Shown here: piece after piece, positions 24,294-38,614 of the stretch
Position numbering within the stretch: the first letter of the stretch is position 1
Layout: each line of letters starts with the position of its first letter
Origin: Octopus sinensis
Lineage: Eukaryota
Direction: 5' to 3'
DNA: 64,000 nt
NCBI RefSeq assembly: GCF_006345805.1
Contig: NC_043008.1
Coordinates: forward strand, 56,730,001-56,794,000
Program-made: the position numbers and the translations under genes
The notes under the pieces: generated by a model
Seen by the model: only the letters and a program-made list of their open reading frames with translations
Told to the model about the DNA's origin: nothing
Database searches by the model: none

Positions 24294-27200
24294 CATATAC
24301 GCCTGTGGGGAGCCTATGTGTGTGTGTGTGCCTTTGTGAATCTCCCCAACCACCACTTAACCACTAGCGTTATTGTTTCTCTGTAACTTAGCGGGTTGGC
24401 AAGTACTGGACGATAATTCTTCAAGGTGATCCCCAGCATGGCTGCAGTCTAATGATTCCAACAAGCAAAAGATTAAAATAATTATCGTCAAATCTGTTTC
24501 TGCCAGTTACTGTTAATGTTATGTTTTCTCTGCTTCAGAACATCATATCTGGTCTGTTATGATAGCATTTTTTTGACATCTTGAGAGTGAGATTCATTCA
24601 GAGTGGTCTCATTCATGTTAAGAATAACTACGCTCTTCACATATCTCGAGATTCTTATATTAGCACACTCGGCATTATGCATTCTATTAAGCGCTATTGA
24701 CTTTGAATTATTAAACACGGGTGTTTATGACTAGGATCATATCTTCGAGGAGTTTGCTCGATCATAGGAGACCCGGGGTTGAACAAGAACAATAGCATAC
24801 TTACAATGTCGTTGATGACAACAACAACTACTAGAACGGAGACGGTGGTGCTGGTAAAAGTGACAACGGTAACAACAAGCGACCTGGTCCTTCACACAGA
24901 ATAATTTAGGGAGACCTGAGATGAATTTTCTAAAGTTGTTAGTAGAGAATTTTGAACAAACTTAACATTAAAAGATTTTAGCCATCATCTGGCTGTATTT
25001 TCAGGCCACACTTCCCAATAGTGCAATCTGCAATTATTCCATTCCATGTTTCAATTTTAAAAAGCGTTAGGGTGTAATTGAAGTAAAATTTGGCTGCTAT
25101 TTTTAGGAGAACGATTAACCACGAAGAGGCTCCAATATTGAAGCGGGTTTCCTCGTTAACATATGGAATATTTCGTTTTTGTAATTTAGCCTTGGGTTTT
25201 TCCTTAATGAGCTGATTTACCAGGCTACCTAATCCTACCGAAAATGTATGCACGAGACGAAATTATCTATGTCCGACGTTATCTGTGTCCGACATTTTTA
25301 GGTTGATGGAAGGAAATATAAGGAACATATGGATAATCTTTCTAGATCTTTCTAGTACATCGAGTGACCACGTAGAGATCTTTCACAGTCCATGTCTTTC
25401 TGCCTGTTTCCATGTGTTTTAGATTAACTTTTAATCGGTCAAGAAGTTTGAACTGGTTACAAAAGGGACTTGACCGAAACATAATGAAGCATAAGGAAAA
25501 CCAACTTACGGAAATATTGAACAGTTGAAACAGAATGAATTCTTAAATTAAGTACTGAGATCTTCAACAATGTTCGCCATAGATCAAAGACTGTCTCCTC
25601 TGGAAGTCACTATTCGTTGACATGTTTGAACTACTGCATTCGCTCTTTCAGAACATCATACTTTGAACTCTTACACGCCAGTCACTTTCAATTAGATGAG
25701 CATAGAAATATTTTACGAGAATCTGAATAACTTTACAGGTAAAACAGTCTCCTTTATAGGCTTCTATCGCACTTCGTTTATCATTATAGTCTTCCTTTTT
25801 CTCCTGTTTATTCATATTCATTTTTCGCTTCTTTACTAATTCTAACGACTTCGTTCTTCTTAATTCCACACCTCTTACACTTTTATCGATTACCTTACTC
25901 GTTTCCAGTATATTCATGATGGAACTTTGTAATCTGCCGAAAGGCAGAGAATATGCAATTTCGAACACATTCCTTCCTTTAAACCGAGCTCGAATAATGT
26001 ATACATGAAGCTATAATAGAAATTTCTTTTGATTAAACAGAAAGTGAATTACATACGATAGCTAGTGTAATCGTTTGAATCACCTTTAGGATCAAACTGG
26101 AAATTATTTTCTCAACCTTAGAATGATGAAAAGTAAAGGTTATCTTTGTTCGCTTTCAATACATAAATATGGGGCCAAAAACTTGTTATCCTAACGTATA
26201 GTGTTTACACCAATATTCTCCAGATTCTATAATAATTGTTTAGTAGATATGAATGAAGCGACATTTCTCTATTTCTCGATCGTTGAAATAGTTAATAGAG
26301 GTGTCCCAATGCATCTCCATAATATAAGAAACTTAAATTGTGTTTACTCTTGTTTGTGATTGTGTGTACCTCATAACGAAAAATATTACTGCCATCTAGA
26401 CTTTTTTTCAGACATATTTTACCGCAGAAAACACTAACCAGCGTGTGTTTATTTTGCCTTAACTTCATATCAGAGAGTCTCTCCATATTGAGCCACTATC
26501 TCTCCGTATTGAGAGATCACGGCTACGGTAATATAAACATTTCATAAGAATGTCGCGGAAAAGAATGGCAAGACACACTCTTCAAGTCAAGCCGACAGGC
26601 TGAAGACCTAGGATAGACCAATAACTAGTTAGCTGGATAATATCCATAGCCTGAGTTGACCACGGTTGACAATTCAGCCAAGAAGTCTAATGGTGTTTGC
26701 TTCTGATAGGACACTATGACGGTGGTGCTCGAGAACTCTACCCCAGTGACCCTCCAATGAATACTTTGAAGGTGAGCTACGTATTAGATTGTAACCTTTC
26801 GAGATAATCATGCGCGTGACAATGCAAGAAGCGAATGCTACAAAGGGACTGGATTTGCTTTAATGGGAGTATGTGGTGTCAAAGTAATAATCCTGTATTA
26901 CCTGCATAAGGTAATCCGATAATGAAATTATCTACGTCTGTGGTAGCGTAATAAATTCCTGGGAAAAATTCGTAGAACACACCAGCAAAAATACAAAACA
27001 GTACTTTAGTATATCAAGAGATACAAGCTTCTTAGACAAGAACTCATCTTGATTTTCATTGCATTTAAATAATTGAGTTTATAGAACTCAATTATTTTTA
27101 TAAATAGTGTATAAAACTCAAGTGTTTGAGAAGGTTCATTCTGAAGTATCAACTACTGATTATCATTAGATGATAAGGTTTCATTTGTGGAAGATTTAAC

Positions 27201-28004
27201 TGCTATATCTATCACGCTGACCGATGTTAATTAGGGTCTTGCGTTGGTTATGAATGTGAAAACCAGTTGGTTCATGGATTAACTCGGTTCAGCTACATAC
27301 AACTAGACTGATGATATAATTCAAATTCTTGAACAAGTACGTGTTCGTTTATTTGGGGAGGGGATATAAAAGTATTTCATTTGTATAATATGTCCTGCTC
27401 CCACACACACTGCGTTGCTGTTATAGCAATAATATCTACTCTAGATACGAAAGTACTCGATCGCATGAACACCAGTACTTGGTTGGAAAGTATTGTATCT
27501 ACCCCGGATGCATGAGAAGAATGCGAAGGTGTTGGCCTGGTAGTTAAGGTATTGAACACACAAGAATAATATTGTGGTTTCTGTTCCTGCAACAGACCAG
27601 GCGGTGTGTTGAGTTCTTGAGCAAAACTCTCCGTTTCATTTTACTCCAGTCCACCCGACTGTGAATGAATAACTATGCTACCCACTGGCTTCCCGTTCAG
27701 GGAATTTGTTCCGATTTCAGTCGCTTATACACGATAGAAATTAGATATTCGGCCCTATGTGAACTGGGAATCGAGAGAGTAATGTCCTGGGTTGATGATG
27801 ATGAAAAATGAGTATCAAATGAAACTCGGTGTGATTTGAACTCAAAACACACAACGGCGTAATTCCTACCCGAAGAAATATTGACTGACACGTTATTAAT
27901 CCTTGTTGGCTACTTTATCTTTTGCTCTATATGTTCTCCTAATCTGCCATTGCTTATAGTATGTTAAGGAAACGAAAAGAGACAGCATATGTATCCTTTA
28001 ATGT

Positions 28005-28215
28005 TTTCTGCTATAGACACAAGGCCTGAAATTTTGGAGGAAGAGGTAAGTCGATCGCATCGAGCCCAGTACTCAACTGGTATTTAATTTATCGACCTCG
28101 AAAGGGTGAAAGGCAGAGTCGACGTCGACGGAATTCGAACTCAGAACGCAGCGGCAGACAAAACACAATTAAGCATTTCGCCGGGATGCTAACCAGTCTG
28201 CCAACTCGCCGCCTT
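28005..28215 (-). mobile_element. SINE family B monomer
   Basis: Matches the family B consensus. Other monomers or partial copies occur at about 46550-46765, 52520-52650, 60175-60390 and 61900-62395. Confidence 0.85.
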
Positions 28216-28238
28216 ATGTATATCTATGTATATATCTA

Positions 28239-28269
<31 letters not shown>

Positions 28270-28288
28270 ATATATATATATATATTAT

Positions 28289-28335
<47 letters not shown>

Positions 28336-28384
28336 TATATATATAGATATATATATTATATATATATATTATATATATATCTAT

Positions 28385-28424
<40 letters not shown>

Positions 28425-29347
28425 TTAATGCTAAAATTATTGTTGATACTGCTTTCCTTCAAGGTCAGCTTCCATACTGTGTATATCTCTGAGCAAAGGC
28501 ATTGTGTCCGCGAACATCACTCTCGAAAATGTTCTTTTTATACTTCAATCATTAGGATACATTTTAAAGGAAATGTAGCTAATATTGTCGACATGCTGTG
28601 AGGCAACATAGGATTTCATTTGGATCGTGCTACGAAAGTCCATTCGAGAAATATCACAAGGTTCAATGACTGCAATTAAACTGAGACAAGAGAAGTAATT
28701 GAAATAAGAAAAAAAAGGCACGAATTTGGATTGATTACTGACATAGAGAACGGTGTACGGGATGAATTAATAATTAAGTGATATTTCTCTTTTAGTTGGA
28801 TAATATAAACAAAATAAAGCTTTTGAAATCCTCAAGTAAAATGGGAAATGATTTCAAGAAATAATGAATATATATCTCAAAGCTATGTTAAATAATTACA
28901 GACGATGATAGAAAACGCGTATAGAATTTATTGTTCATAAGATTAACGACTTTCCTCCGAGCTATATAATATTTTCTTGTTGAGAAAATATGACAGCACT
29001 GGGAATTCGCACTATGGGATTTTCTTTCTCTTCCTTTGTCTTTCTCAATATAGAATTTGATTATTCATCGTAATTCTATCTGGAACTAAGTCGGCGAGCT
29101 GGCAAAACCGGTAGTGCATTGGATAAAATGTCTAGCGGCATTTCTTTTGTGTCTTTGAGGTTAACTTTACCCTTCACCCGTTCCAGGTCGATAAAATAAG
29201 TACCAGTCAAGTAATAGACTCGAAGTAATCAAGTGTCTCTCTCTCTCTCTCTCTCCACTGCCCCCCAAAATATCAAGCCATATTCTGCCATTGTACATTT
29301 TACCTTTTGTCTTTCCTTCTTTCGTAGTGGATAGTACAGCCAACAAT

Positions 29348-29948
29348 CTATTTCTTTACTACCCACAAGGGGCTAAACACAGAGGGGACAAACAAGGACA
29401 GACAAACGGATTAAGTCAATTACATCGACCCCAGTGCGTAACTGGTCCTTAATTCATGGACCCCGAAAGGATGAAAGGCAAAGTCGACCTCGCCGGAATT
29501 TGAACTCAGAACGTAGCGGCAGACGAAATACCTATTTCTTTACTACCTACAAGGGGCTAAACACAGAGACGACAAACAAGGACAGACAAACGGATTAAGT
29601 CGATTACATCGAACCCAGTGCGAAACTGGCCCTTAATTTATGGACCCCGAAAGGATGAAAGGCAAAGTTGACCTCGGAGAAATTTGAACTCAGAACGTAG
29701 CGGCAGACGAAATACCTATTTCTTTACTACCCACAAGGGGCTAAACACAGAGACGACAAACAAGGACAGACAAACGGATTAAGTCGATTATATCGACCCC
29801 AGTGCGTAACTGGTCCTTAATTTATGGACCCCGAAAGGATGAAAGACAAAGTCGACCTCGCCGGAATTTGAACTCAGAACGTATGGGCAGACTAAATACC
29901 GCTGAGCATTTCGCCCGGCGTGCTAACGATTGAGCTAGCTCACCGCCT
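29348..29948 (-). mobile_element. SINE family B: one head plus three tandem 184-bp units
   Basis: ctatttctttactac recurs at 29348, 29532 and 29716. The head lies at about 29895-29948. Confidence 0.92.
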
Positions 29949-30305
29949 TAATACAAGCAGCAATCGAGGACAGGGGTCGATGTAATTAACTATCAACCAC
30001 TCCACAAATTTCAGGCCTTGTGCCTTTAGACAAAAGAACATTTTACCAACCACCTGCATCTTCTTTCATGATTGAAGATCGATCGTCTCATATTCATATG
30101 TATCTTTTATTGTTTTATTCTTTTACTTGTTTCAGTCATTTGACTGCGGCCATGCTGGAGCACCGCCTTTAGTCGAGCCCAGGACTTATTATTTGTAAGC
30201 CTAGTACTCATTCTATCGGTCTCTTTTTGCCGAACCGCTATGTTACAGGGACGTAAACACACCGGCATCGGTTGTCAAGCGATGTTAGAGGGAAAAGCAC
30301 AGACA

Positions 30306-30381
<76 letters not shown>

Positions 30382-30942
30382 TATGATGGGCTTCTTTCAG
30401 TTTCCGTCTACCAAATCCACTCACAAGGCTTTGGTCGGTCCGATGCTATAGTAGAAGACACTTGCCCAAAGTGCCACGCAGAGGGACTGAACCCGGAACC
30501 ATGAGGTTGGTAAAAAATCCACTTACCACAGAACCACTCCTATATACAGATCAGTTACAATCAGTTTGAGACATATGCTTTCTGTAAGGCAGGTATAACT
30601 AATTTCAATTTACTTCGGTATTGTCTATCTTGTGGAACACGAGACTGAAATGTACTAATCATTCCAGCAAAACCCCAAAACATGAATTTTCAGGCTTTGA
30701 AACCCATCACTCAATGCAAGAATACTCTTCATAGTAAACCGCTGGGAAAACTGCTTTTTGCCATGTCAGATATGCCCCAAACATACTATACATATTCAAA
30801 CAATTCTAAATGCTTAATTTACAACGCTGTGCACACGAGCCTGCTGGACACACAGAGACACGTGAGCGCGCACGAACACACATACACAATACACAAACAC
30901 AGACTGTGCATATGTGCGTGTGTTTGTGTGTGCGTGTGTGTG

Positions 30943-31323
30943 TGAAGGAGTAATAGCCCAGTGGTGAGGGCAGCGGACTCACGGTCGTAGGATCGCGGAT
31001 TCGATTCCCAAACCGGGCGTTGTGAGTGCTTATTAAGCGAAAACATCTAAAGCTCCACTAGGCTCCGGCAGGGGAGCGGGGTCGTGGCGGACCCTGCTGT
31101 ACTCTTTCACCTCAAATTTCACTCTTTCTTCTTGTTTCTGTTTTAACTGTATTTCAAAGGGCCAGCCTTGTCACACTTTGTGTCACGCTGAAACTCCCCG
31201 AGAACTACATTACGGGTACAGGGGGCTGTGGAGTGTTCACCTACTTGCACGTTAATTTCACGAGCAGGCTGTCTCGTTGATCGGATCAACTGGAACCCTC
31301 GTCGTCGTAACCGACGGTGTCAC
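30943..31323 (+). mobile_element. SINE family A, older copy
   Basis: Diverged head and standard ...gtaaccgacgg tail. Confidence 0.85.
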
Positions 31324-31398
31324 GATATATATACATAAACACTCACACATATACATATACAAACACACATATATGCAGACATTTATATACCTATGAAA

Positions 31399-31443
<45 letters not shown>

Positions 31444-31463
31444 GAACAGACATATATATATAT

Positions 31464-31497
<34 letters not shown>

Positions 31498-31531
31498 GAT
31501 AGATAGATATATATAGATAGATAGATATATA

Positions 31532-31579
<48 letters not shown>

Positions 31580-31686
31580 GATAGATAGATAGATAGATAG
31601 ATGTGCATTTTCAATATGTGACCGCGTGTATATCGTTGGCGATTTTCTTTCTCCGTCTTCCCTTCCTTGGACTTTCCTTTCTCTAT

Positions 31687-31721
31687 GTTTCTGAAGAAGA
31701 GCTCCGCTCGAAACATTAAAT
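31687..31721 (+). ncRNA. Decayed minimal hammerhead motif, same family as 7612
   Basis: gttt CTGAAGA A GAGC tcc GCTC GAAA CATT aaat. The ACGT palindrome has changed to ACAT. Confidence 0.55.
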
Positions 31722-32005
31722 CCTCCTTCTTTCTTTCCTTTCCCGTGCGTCCAATAACACTATACCTGTTCCACGTCCTTCCTGGGGCCAAATAATATTT
31801 TGTGAGTGAAGTTGGTAGATGGAGGCTATGTGGTAGTCCATCGTATTGTTAGTTATCTTGTTAATTAGGTAGTTAAGTAGGTAGTGAGGTAGGTAGGGAG
31901 GAGGGATGAAGGGAGGGAGGAAGAGAAGGAGGGAGGTGAGACGATAAGCAAGCAAATAGGTAGGTATGTAGACAAGTAGGTAGATAAGTAGATAGGTAAG
32001 TAGAT

Positions 32006-32065
<60 letters not shown>

Positions 32066-32194
32066 CGTAGACAGACAGATAGACAGATTGATAGATAGAT
32101 ATATAGATAAGCAGACAGACAGATAGACAGATAGACAGATTGATAGATAGATAGATAGATAGATATATAGACAGAGAGATAGATAGATAGATAT

Positions 32195-32265
<71 letters not shown>

Positions 32266-34029
32266 TGTTTCTTTATTAGCCACGCAGGGCTGAACACAGC
32301 GGGGATAAATTACAAAGTAAAGCTTTTCTTTTTTTTGGGGGGGGGAAGAGGGTTAGGTTTTCGAGCAAAAGGGATCGTAAAAAAATCGTGTATCACAGAA
32401 ATGTCATGACGTAAAATGTAAACGGGGAAGCAGATAAGTTTTATCCGTGGAAAGAAAAGCCTACGGAAAAGACCAAGGTAACCTCGGTCAATAATGTCAC
32501 ATGTTAACGCATTTATTTGCAAGTAAGTAAATCTGTTTAAAATTTCAAGGTGGCTTCGTCATTCATACGTGCCATCCTTGCTACATTCACCCATCTTTTT
32601 TGAAACATTCGCGAGACAAAACTTGCCTCTCTACTCTAACTTTCCTTTTCAAGTGATACTTGAACTTGATGAGAGATTGACCAGAAAGGAAAGTGTTTGT
32701 CTCTAATCCTTTCAGACGCGTCCAAATACTAAATAGCGGCTCATCTGACGCTTAACATACTTCAAATTGACATTCTAGCTGACGCTTTTATTATCCCGAA
32801 AGATAAAAGTCAACTAGACGTCGGCATAATTCGAACTCAAAGTACAGTAAACCGAAGTAAATACTCCGTGGTGAACAACATTGTCAGTTTACTCCCCTGC
32901 GGTTTACATGTGAATGAACGATAGGCAATACCTCAATGCTTTTAATGCTTTTAGTCTAGTGCCCTACACACACACACATACATAAACACATATAACGAGA
33001 GGCTTTTTATGGAAAATGTAAATTTATATTCCTCCCTGTAAATTCTTAAATAATTATTCATTAGAATTAAATACATTACATTCTTCCATGCGTCATTCAT
33101 TGTATAAACATTCTGCCAAACGATTTCACTTTAATCCCATTAAATTTTGCACAGATTCTAATTAAATACCGACGAACTCGCTTTCAATTCGCTCACCAAC
33201 ACAAAATGTTTGAAATCTGAATATCTTTATTTAATTACAGGTGCTATGAGGACGTGTATAATGTCAATAATGAAAGTTTAGTAATAACAAAAAGTAGGTT
33301 CATTATGTGATTAGTATCATAAAGTAATTTACTTTCTACCTGATATTATCATGGTTTGAAAATTATAGTTAATGCCTAGGTTAAATAAGTACACGTTTAA
33401 TGATTGCAGAAATTGATAGAGATTCAAGTTAAATGGCACCACTTCGAGTTAATAACATTTTATTTGAAAAGTTTAGTGATTCTACTCTTATAAACTATCG
33501 TAGTTATATCAGAAATATAAATATATTAGTGCTTGCATGTTTAGTATCAAATATGATTATGGGCGAGCGAAAGTAAAGTTATGGCTGTGGAGACACATCT
33601 CAGACAGTGTTTGAGATATTAGGCCTTACCAGTAGGAGAAGAACCTCCGATATGTTTGCTGGTATTATAGGAGATAATGTATAAAGACGGTTGTAAAAAC
33701 CACGAATGAAGCTGAGAGATCAGATTTATTGACAAGCATAACTATCAAAAAGTTTACTCTCAGAAAAAAACTCAACAGAAACTTCCGTTTCAACGGAATA
33801 TATACATTTAGTATGACAGATAGATGGCCATTTACATTTAATGGCCATCTATCTATCTAAACTGGTGAACGTAAAGTTTCCATTACGTTCACCAGCTTTT
33901 GCAGGGTTTTTCACACTTACGCTTTGGAACACTTATATTTATACAAGGTTTTCGGGCTACATTTAACGATTCTTATCGATTTCTATGTATCAAACTTGAA
34001 GGGCATTGGAGAGCATTACGGGTTAAAGA

Positions 34030-34770
34030 CGTACTTCAGAAAATGTTAGTTGATATGGAGGAATAATAACCACATGAATATTGGAAAAGATTTACCCGTA
34101 TTATGATCATACGCACCGGATGTCAACACGCCAGAATCATTGCTGCTCAAAGCTCTGTGAACAATGCAAAGGCTGTAATACATAACATGGACAGCAGCAA
34201 GGAAACTACAAAGTCGTGGCCAGCATCAAGTGACAGCAGGCGTTCTGACTGCATCCGCATGCCATAGTTCCACCCATCATCTTTGAACAGAGCTTTCGCT
34301 TCAATTCAGACGGCTATGCAAAGCTACTGTAGTCTGTGATCAATCTCTTGCTGGAGATAGCCATAAGTATGGCAGCAGGATTCGGCAACTTGCCATACCT
34401 CTGGAATTTGTCATAGGTTGCTATGATAGAATTTCCACAACTTCAGCAACCCCAATTTCTGGCCTCTTAATCTCCACCGATTGTAATCCCATAGATTACC
34501 AAGTGTGCAGTGCGGTTGGCCTGGTGGCAAAAGTTAAGGTGGTTTTCAAAGACCTTGTAACGGATAGTGAGGAACTCATGCGGTAGGTTCCTGAACCGTC
34601 TTGAAACTGTGGTGGAAACAGAGGGCAGTTACTCTGAGTCAATAGTTATCTTCCAACCATCATCTAGTTCATACTTTCTGAATTTTTTAGAAATACTCGT
34701 AATTATGGATGGGATATTTTGCTTTTTTTTTGTTTAATGTAAATTTAAGCATTTAGGCCGAACACCCTGT
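34030..34770 (+). mobile_element. Decayed Tc1/mariner-superfamily transposase relic
   Basis: WQQDSATCHTSG, FWPLN/STDCNPIDY (WPP.SPD.NP.DY) and RLETVVETEGSY. It ends with a TIR-like ...acaccctgt. Confidence 0.8.
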
Positions 34771-34822
34771 GTAAACACATACACACACACTAATACACAC
34801 ATGCATGTACAACCACATACAC

Positions 34823-34873
<51 letters not shown>

Positions 34874-35169
34874 ATAGTCGCTATTGACATTTAAAAATTT
34901 ACTGTGTCACTTCCATGAAATTTTCCAAAGTCCCTTTTCAATGAAATTCTTAATTACATCGCACACTCCTCATTCTTTTGATGAAGAGTTATTTCTTATA
35001 TACAAAACACGTGCGTTTTTAGAGCAAGGAGTTAGGCGAACGGGAACACTGAGTAAACATAATATTCAATTCATACATACATATATACATTATTATTATT
35101 ATTATTATTCAGGTCACTGCCTGGAATCGAACTCGGAATCTTGGGGTTAGTAGCCTGCGCTCTTAACCA

Positions 35170-35702
<533 letters not shown>

Positions 35703-35706
<4 letters not shown>

Positions 35707-35791
35707 TTTGGTTTAATGTGTTTCGTTATCTCTTACTCAGATATATATATTATCTGAGTAAGAGATAACGAAACACATTAAACCAAATCTC
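35703..35791. repeat. Perfect 41-bp inverted repeat adjoining a roughly 530-bp TA tract
   Basis: gagatttggtttaatgtgtttcgttatctcttactcagata at 35703-43 and its exact reverse complement at 35751-91. Confidence 0.9.
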
Positions 35792-36635
35792 GAACTAAGT
35801 ACATTGCGAGACATAAGTAACATCTGAAAAATTGTGTTATTAACTTCTCTCCGTTTGGCTCACCTTTCATCATTATTGAGGAAAAGTCGATATAACTAGA
35901 TACGATATTTTTTCCAGTCTGTCAATCCCTCATTGTGTCGATGATAATATTTATTTGATAAAATTCATACGTGGGTTCAATATTTAACTCCGATATTGCT
36001 TGTAATTATTACATTAATAATAAATACTAAAACATCCGTGAAATATAGTTTGAAAAAATTGCGGATGAACGAACAGGGGGAAAAAAAAGAATTCTGTATT
36101 TGTTAAGAAAATAAAGTAAGATGGCGGAATCTGCGTTCAGAATAGGAAACATAAAAAAAAAATGTGAAAAGTTAAAATAACATAGTGTGATAAAAAAATT
36201 TAAAAATATCCTTCACTTGGCATTCAAGCGGAAAATAAATCATTAACTTTCCTAGACCATGGCAAATAAATAAATGAATAAATAAATACATAAATAAATA
36301 AATGAAATGTGAGATTACTTGGTTATGAAGCTAATTACGCGCTGTGTATCTCAAAAACACACACCTTCCAGTATACATACGAGGATACATGCAAACATAC
36401 ACACACATTTACAAACACACAGATGCGCACAAACACACACGCGTATGTATATATATACTATCAATTTGGGATAGCTTTTATAGTCACACATAAGAATATG
36501 AGCAACAGCAGAGAGAAATGTTAGATTCATAATGGTTTCAAATTTTGATGTAAGACTAGCCATTTCAAGGAAATTGGTAGGTTAATTATATCGACCCCAG
36601 TGTTCAAGTCGGTCCTTGTGATCGTAATGGGCAAG

Positions 36636-36671
<36 letters not shown>

Positions 36672-38378
36672 GAGTGAGAGAGCAGTGCATGCCATCAAAG
36701 TTGTCATGTCTTTTATTTAGGTTGTTATGTCTTTTCTTGTATTCTTTCTGTGCCAGCATACTACATTCGCTTACTATATGAGTAACGCTTTCTTCTTTTG
36801 ACTTGCATAACCTACATTGGGAATCTACTTGGTTTTTGTCTATCTTGGCTTTTATCCAATTAATCCCAAATACGTGATCTTATGCTGCTACTAACAAACT
36901 CCCTGTCTTCCTTTTCAGCTTTTCTTTCTGCAACCATAACCACGCCTCACTAATACTATTTACGACAACTATCCTTGGTAATCTATCATGCAACGCCTTC
37001 TCCTGCCAGTTAGGTAATGTCTGTTCTTTTTTCAGGCTTTTGACTTCGTTTGCGTTTTTGGTTTCCCTATGTCTTGTGATTTAAATAAAAAACTTACTTC
37101 GCTATTACCTACGTAGGAGCCTATATCTACTCTAGCTAACTCCATGCAGTCTTCTACTGATATTAACTCTCTCCCTCCTTCCTTTCTGGGTAAGTATAAT
37201 CTTGCTACTCCTACTCGTGGATGGTGTTCTTTATTTACATTGGATTTCTTCCTAGTTCTTCTGTCTAGCTTTGCTAGTTCAGTTGTTGTCCAATCTACAA
37301 AAGCTGCTGAGTATATATGGAATGATACTGCCTAAGTATTTACACCCTTCACTAAGTTCTGGCCATTTAGTTTTGGTTTCATCAGCTTCCGCAGACTTCT
37401 GACGTATCCCTCAATTTCCGTTTTCATTTCTATAGTTTGTACCTTGTGAGATTCTAATACTCTTAGATACCTATGACTTTCTCCTTTCAATGATTTTAAT
37501 GTCTCGCCATCTGGTATTTGGATGCCTTCTATTTTTACTACCTGTTGCCTTCTCATGACTAATATTGCACATTTATCTATGCCAAATTCCATGCCTATAT
37601 CTTTGCATAAGAGTCTTACAGTCTGTATTAAGGAATATCTCTCTCTCTCACTCTCTGTTTCATTCTTACTAAACAGTTTCTGATCATCCATGTAGAGCCA
37701 ATGGTAAATTTTCTTTTACTATTTCTGCTAAGCTGAGGGGGATCTAACATAAGATAAACATTAAAGTCACCCTGGAAAATTTCTCTTTTGATATCAACAT
37801 TCCCGAAGAGTATGTCACCTGTGTGAGATCTACTTTCCACTTCTTCATGTTACAGCTAATTAATTCTCTTGTGTCGTCTGCTATACTTAATAGACACAAA
37901 CATTCATTTATCTATGAGTGCGTGGGATCATGTCATAGTCTTTCCTATAATCTATCTATGTTATTGTTAGATTTTCCTTTCTAGCTTTTAATTCATTTGG
38001 AACTGCTTTGTCTATGTATAATAGATCATTCGTTCGTCTAGCCTTCTTCCTGCAACTTTTCTGTTCTTCTGACAGTAAATTCTGGTTGTGAAAGTGCTCG
38101 TAAATGCTTTCTAAAAGCATTCCTGTTAACAATTTTCATACTGATGGTAAGCAAGTGATTGGTCTATAGTTACTAGCTGTATTACCCTTGTTCTTATCTT
38201 TCAAAATGAGTATTGTCCTCCCTCTAGTCATCCAATCTGATATCATTCTTTTATCAAGGCAATCCTGAAATTGTTCCCTCAGACTCCCATGTAAACTACT
38301 AAATTTATTTAGCCAGTACCCTTGAACTAAACCTGGTCCTGGACAATTCCAATTCGGCATTTTTCCTAACACTTTCAT
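36672..38378 (-). mobile_element. 5'-truncated Dong/R4-clade LINE (RT through CCHC zinc knuckle), decayed
   Basis: KMPNWNCPGP..QGYWL, NYRPITCLP, IFQGD, LYMDD, DIGMEFGIDKCA, RLYLPRKEGGR and CRLCKSKEESVTHIVSEC. It has (TAA)n at both ends. Confidence 0.92.
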
Positions 38379-38432
38379 TATTATTATTATTATTATTATT
38401 ATTAGTAGTAGTAGTAGTAGTAGTAGTAGTAC

Positions 38433-38463
<31 letters not shown>

Positions 38464-38507
38464 TGTGGTGATGGTGGTGGTTTTAGTGGTAGCAGTAGTA
38501 GTAGTAC

Positions 38508-38553
<46 letters not shown>

Positions 38554-38614
38554 AGTGGCAGCTGCAGCAGCAGTAGTAGTGGTAGTTGTAGTAGAAGTAG
38601 TAGTGTGATTGTCA

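Noticed and set aside
25435-25485. ggtcaag/cttgacc stem followed by GAAAC
   Set aside because: There is no CUGANGA core upstream.
25648-25968. 106-aa non-repetitive minus-strand ORF
   Set aside because: It has no recognisable domain or splice context and is likely decayed transposon sequence.
29348-29948. Regularly spaced repeats superficially like a CRISPR array (also 12769-13390 and 41364-41456)
   Set aside because: There are no unique spacers and no cas genes, and the context is eukaryotic. These are tandem SINE units and minisatellites.
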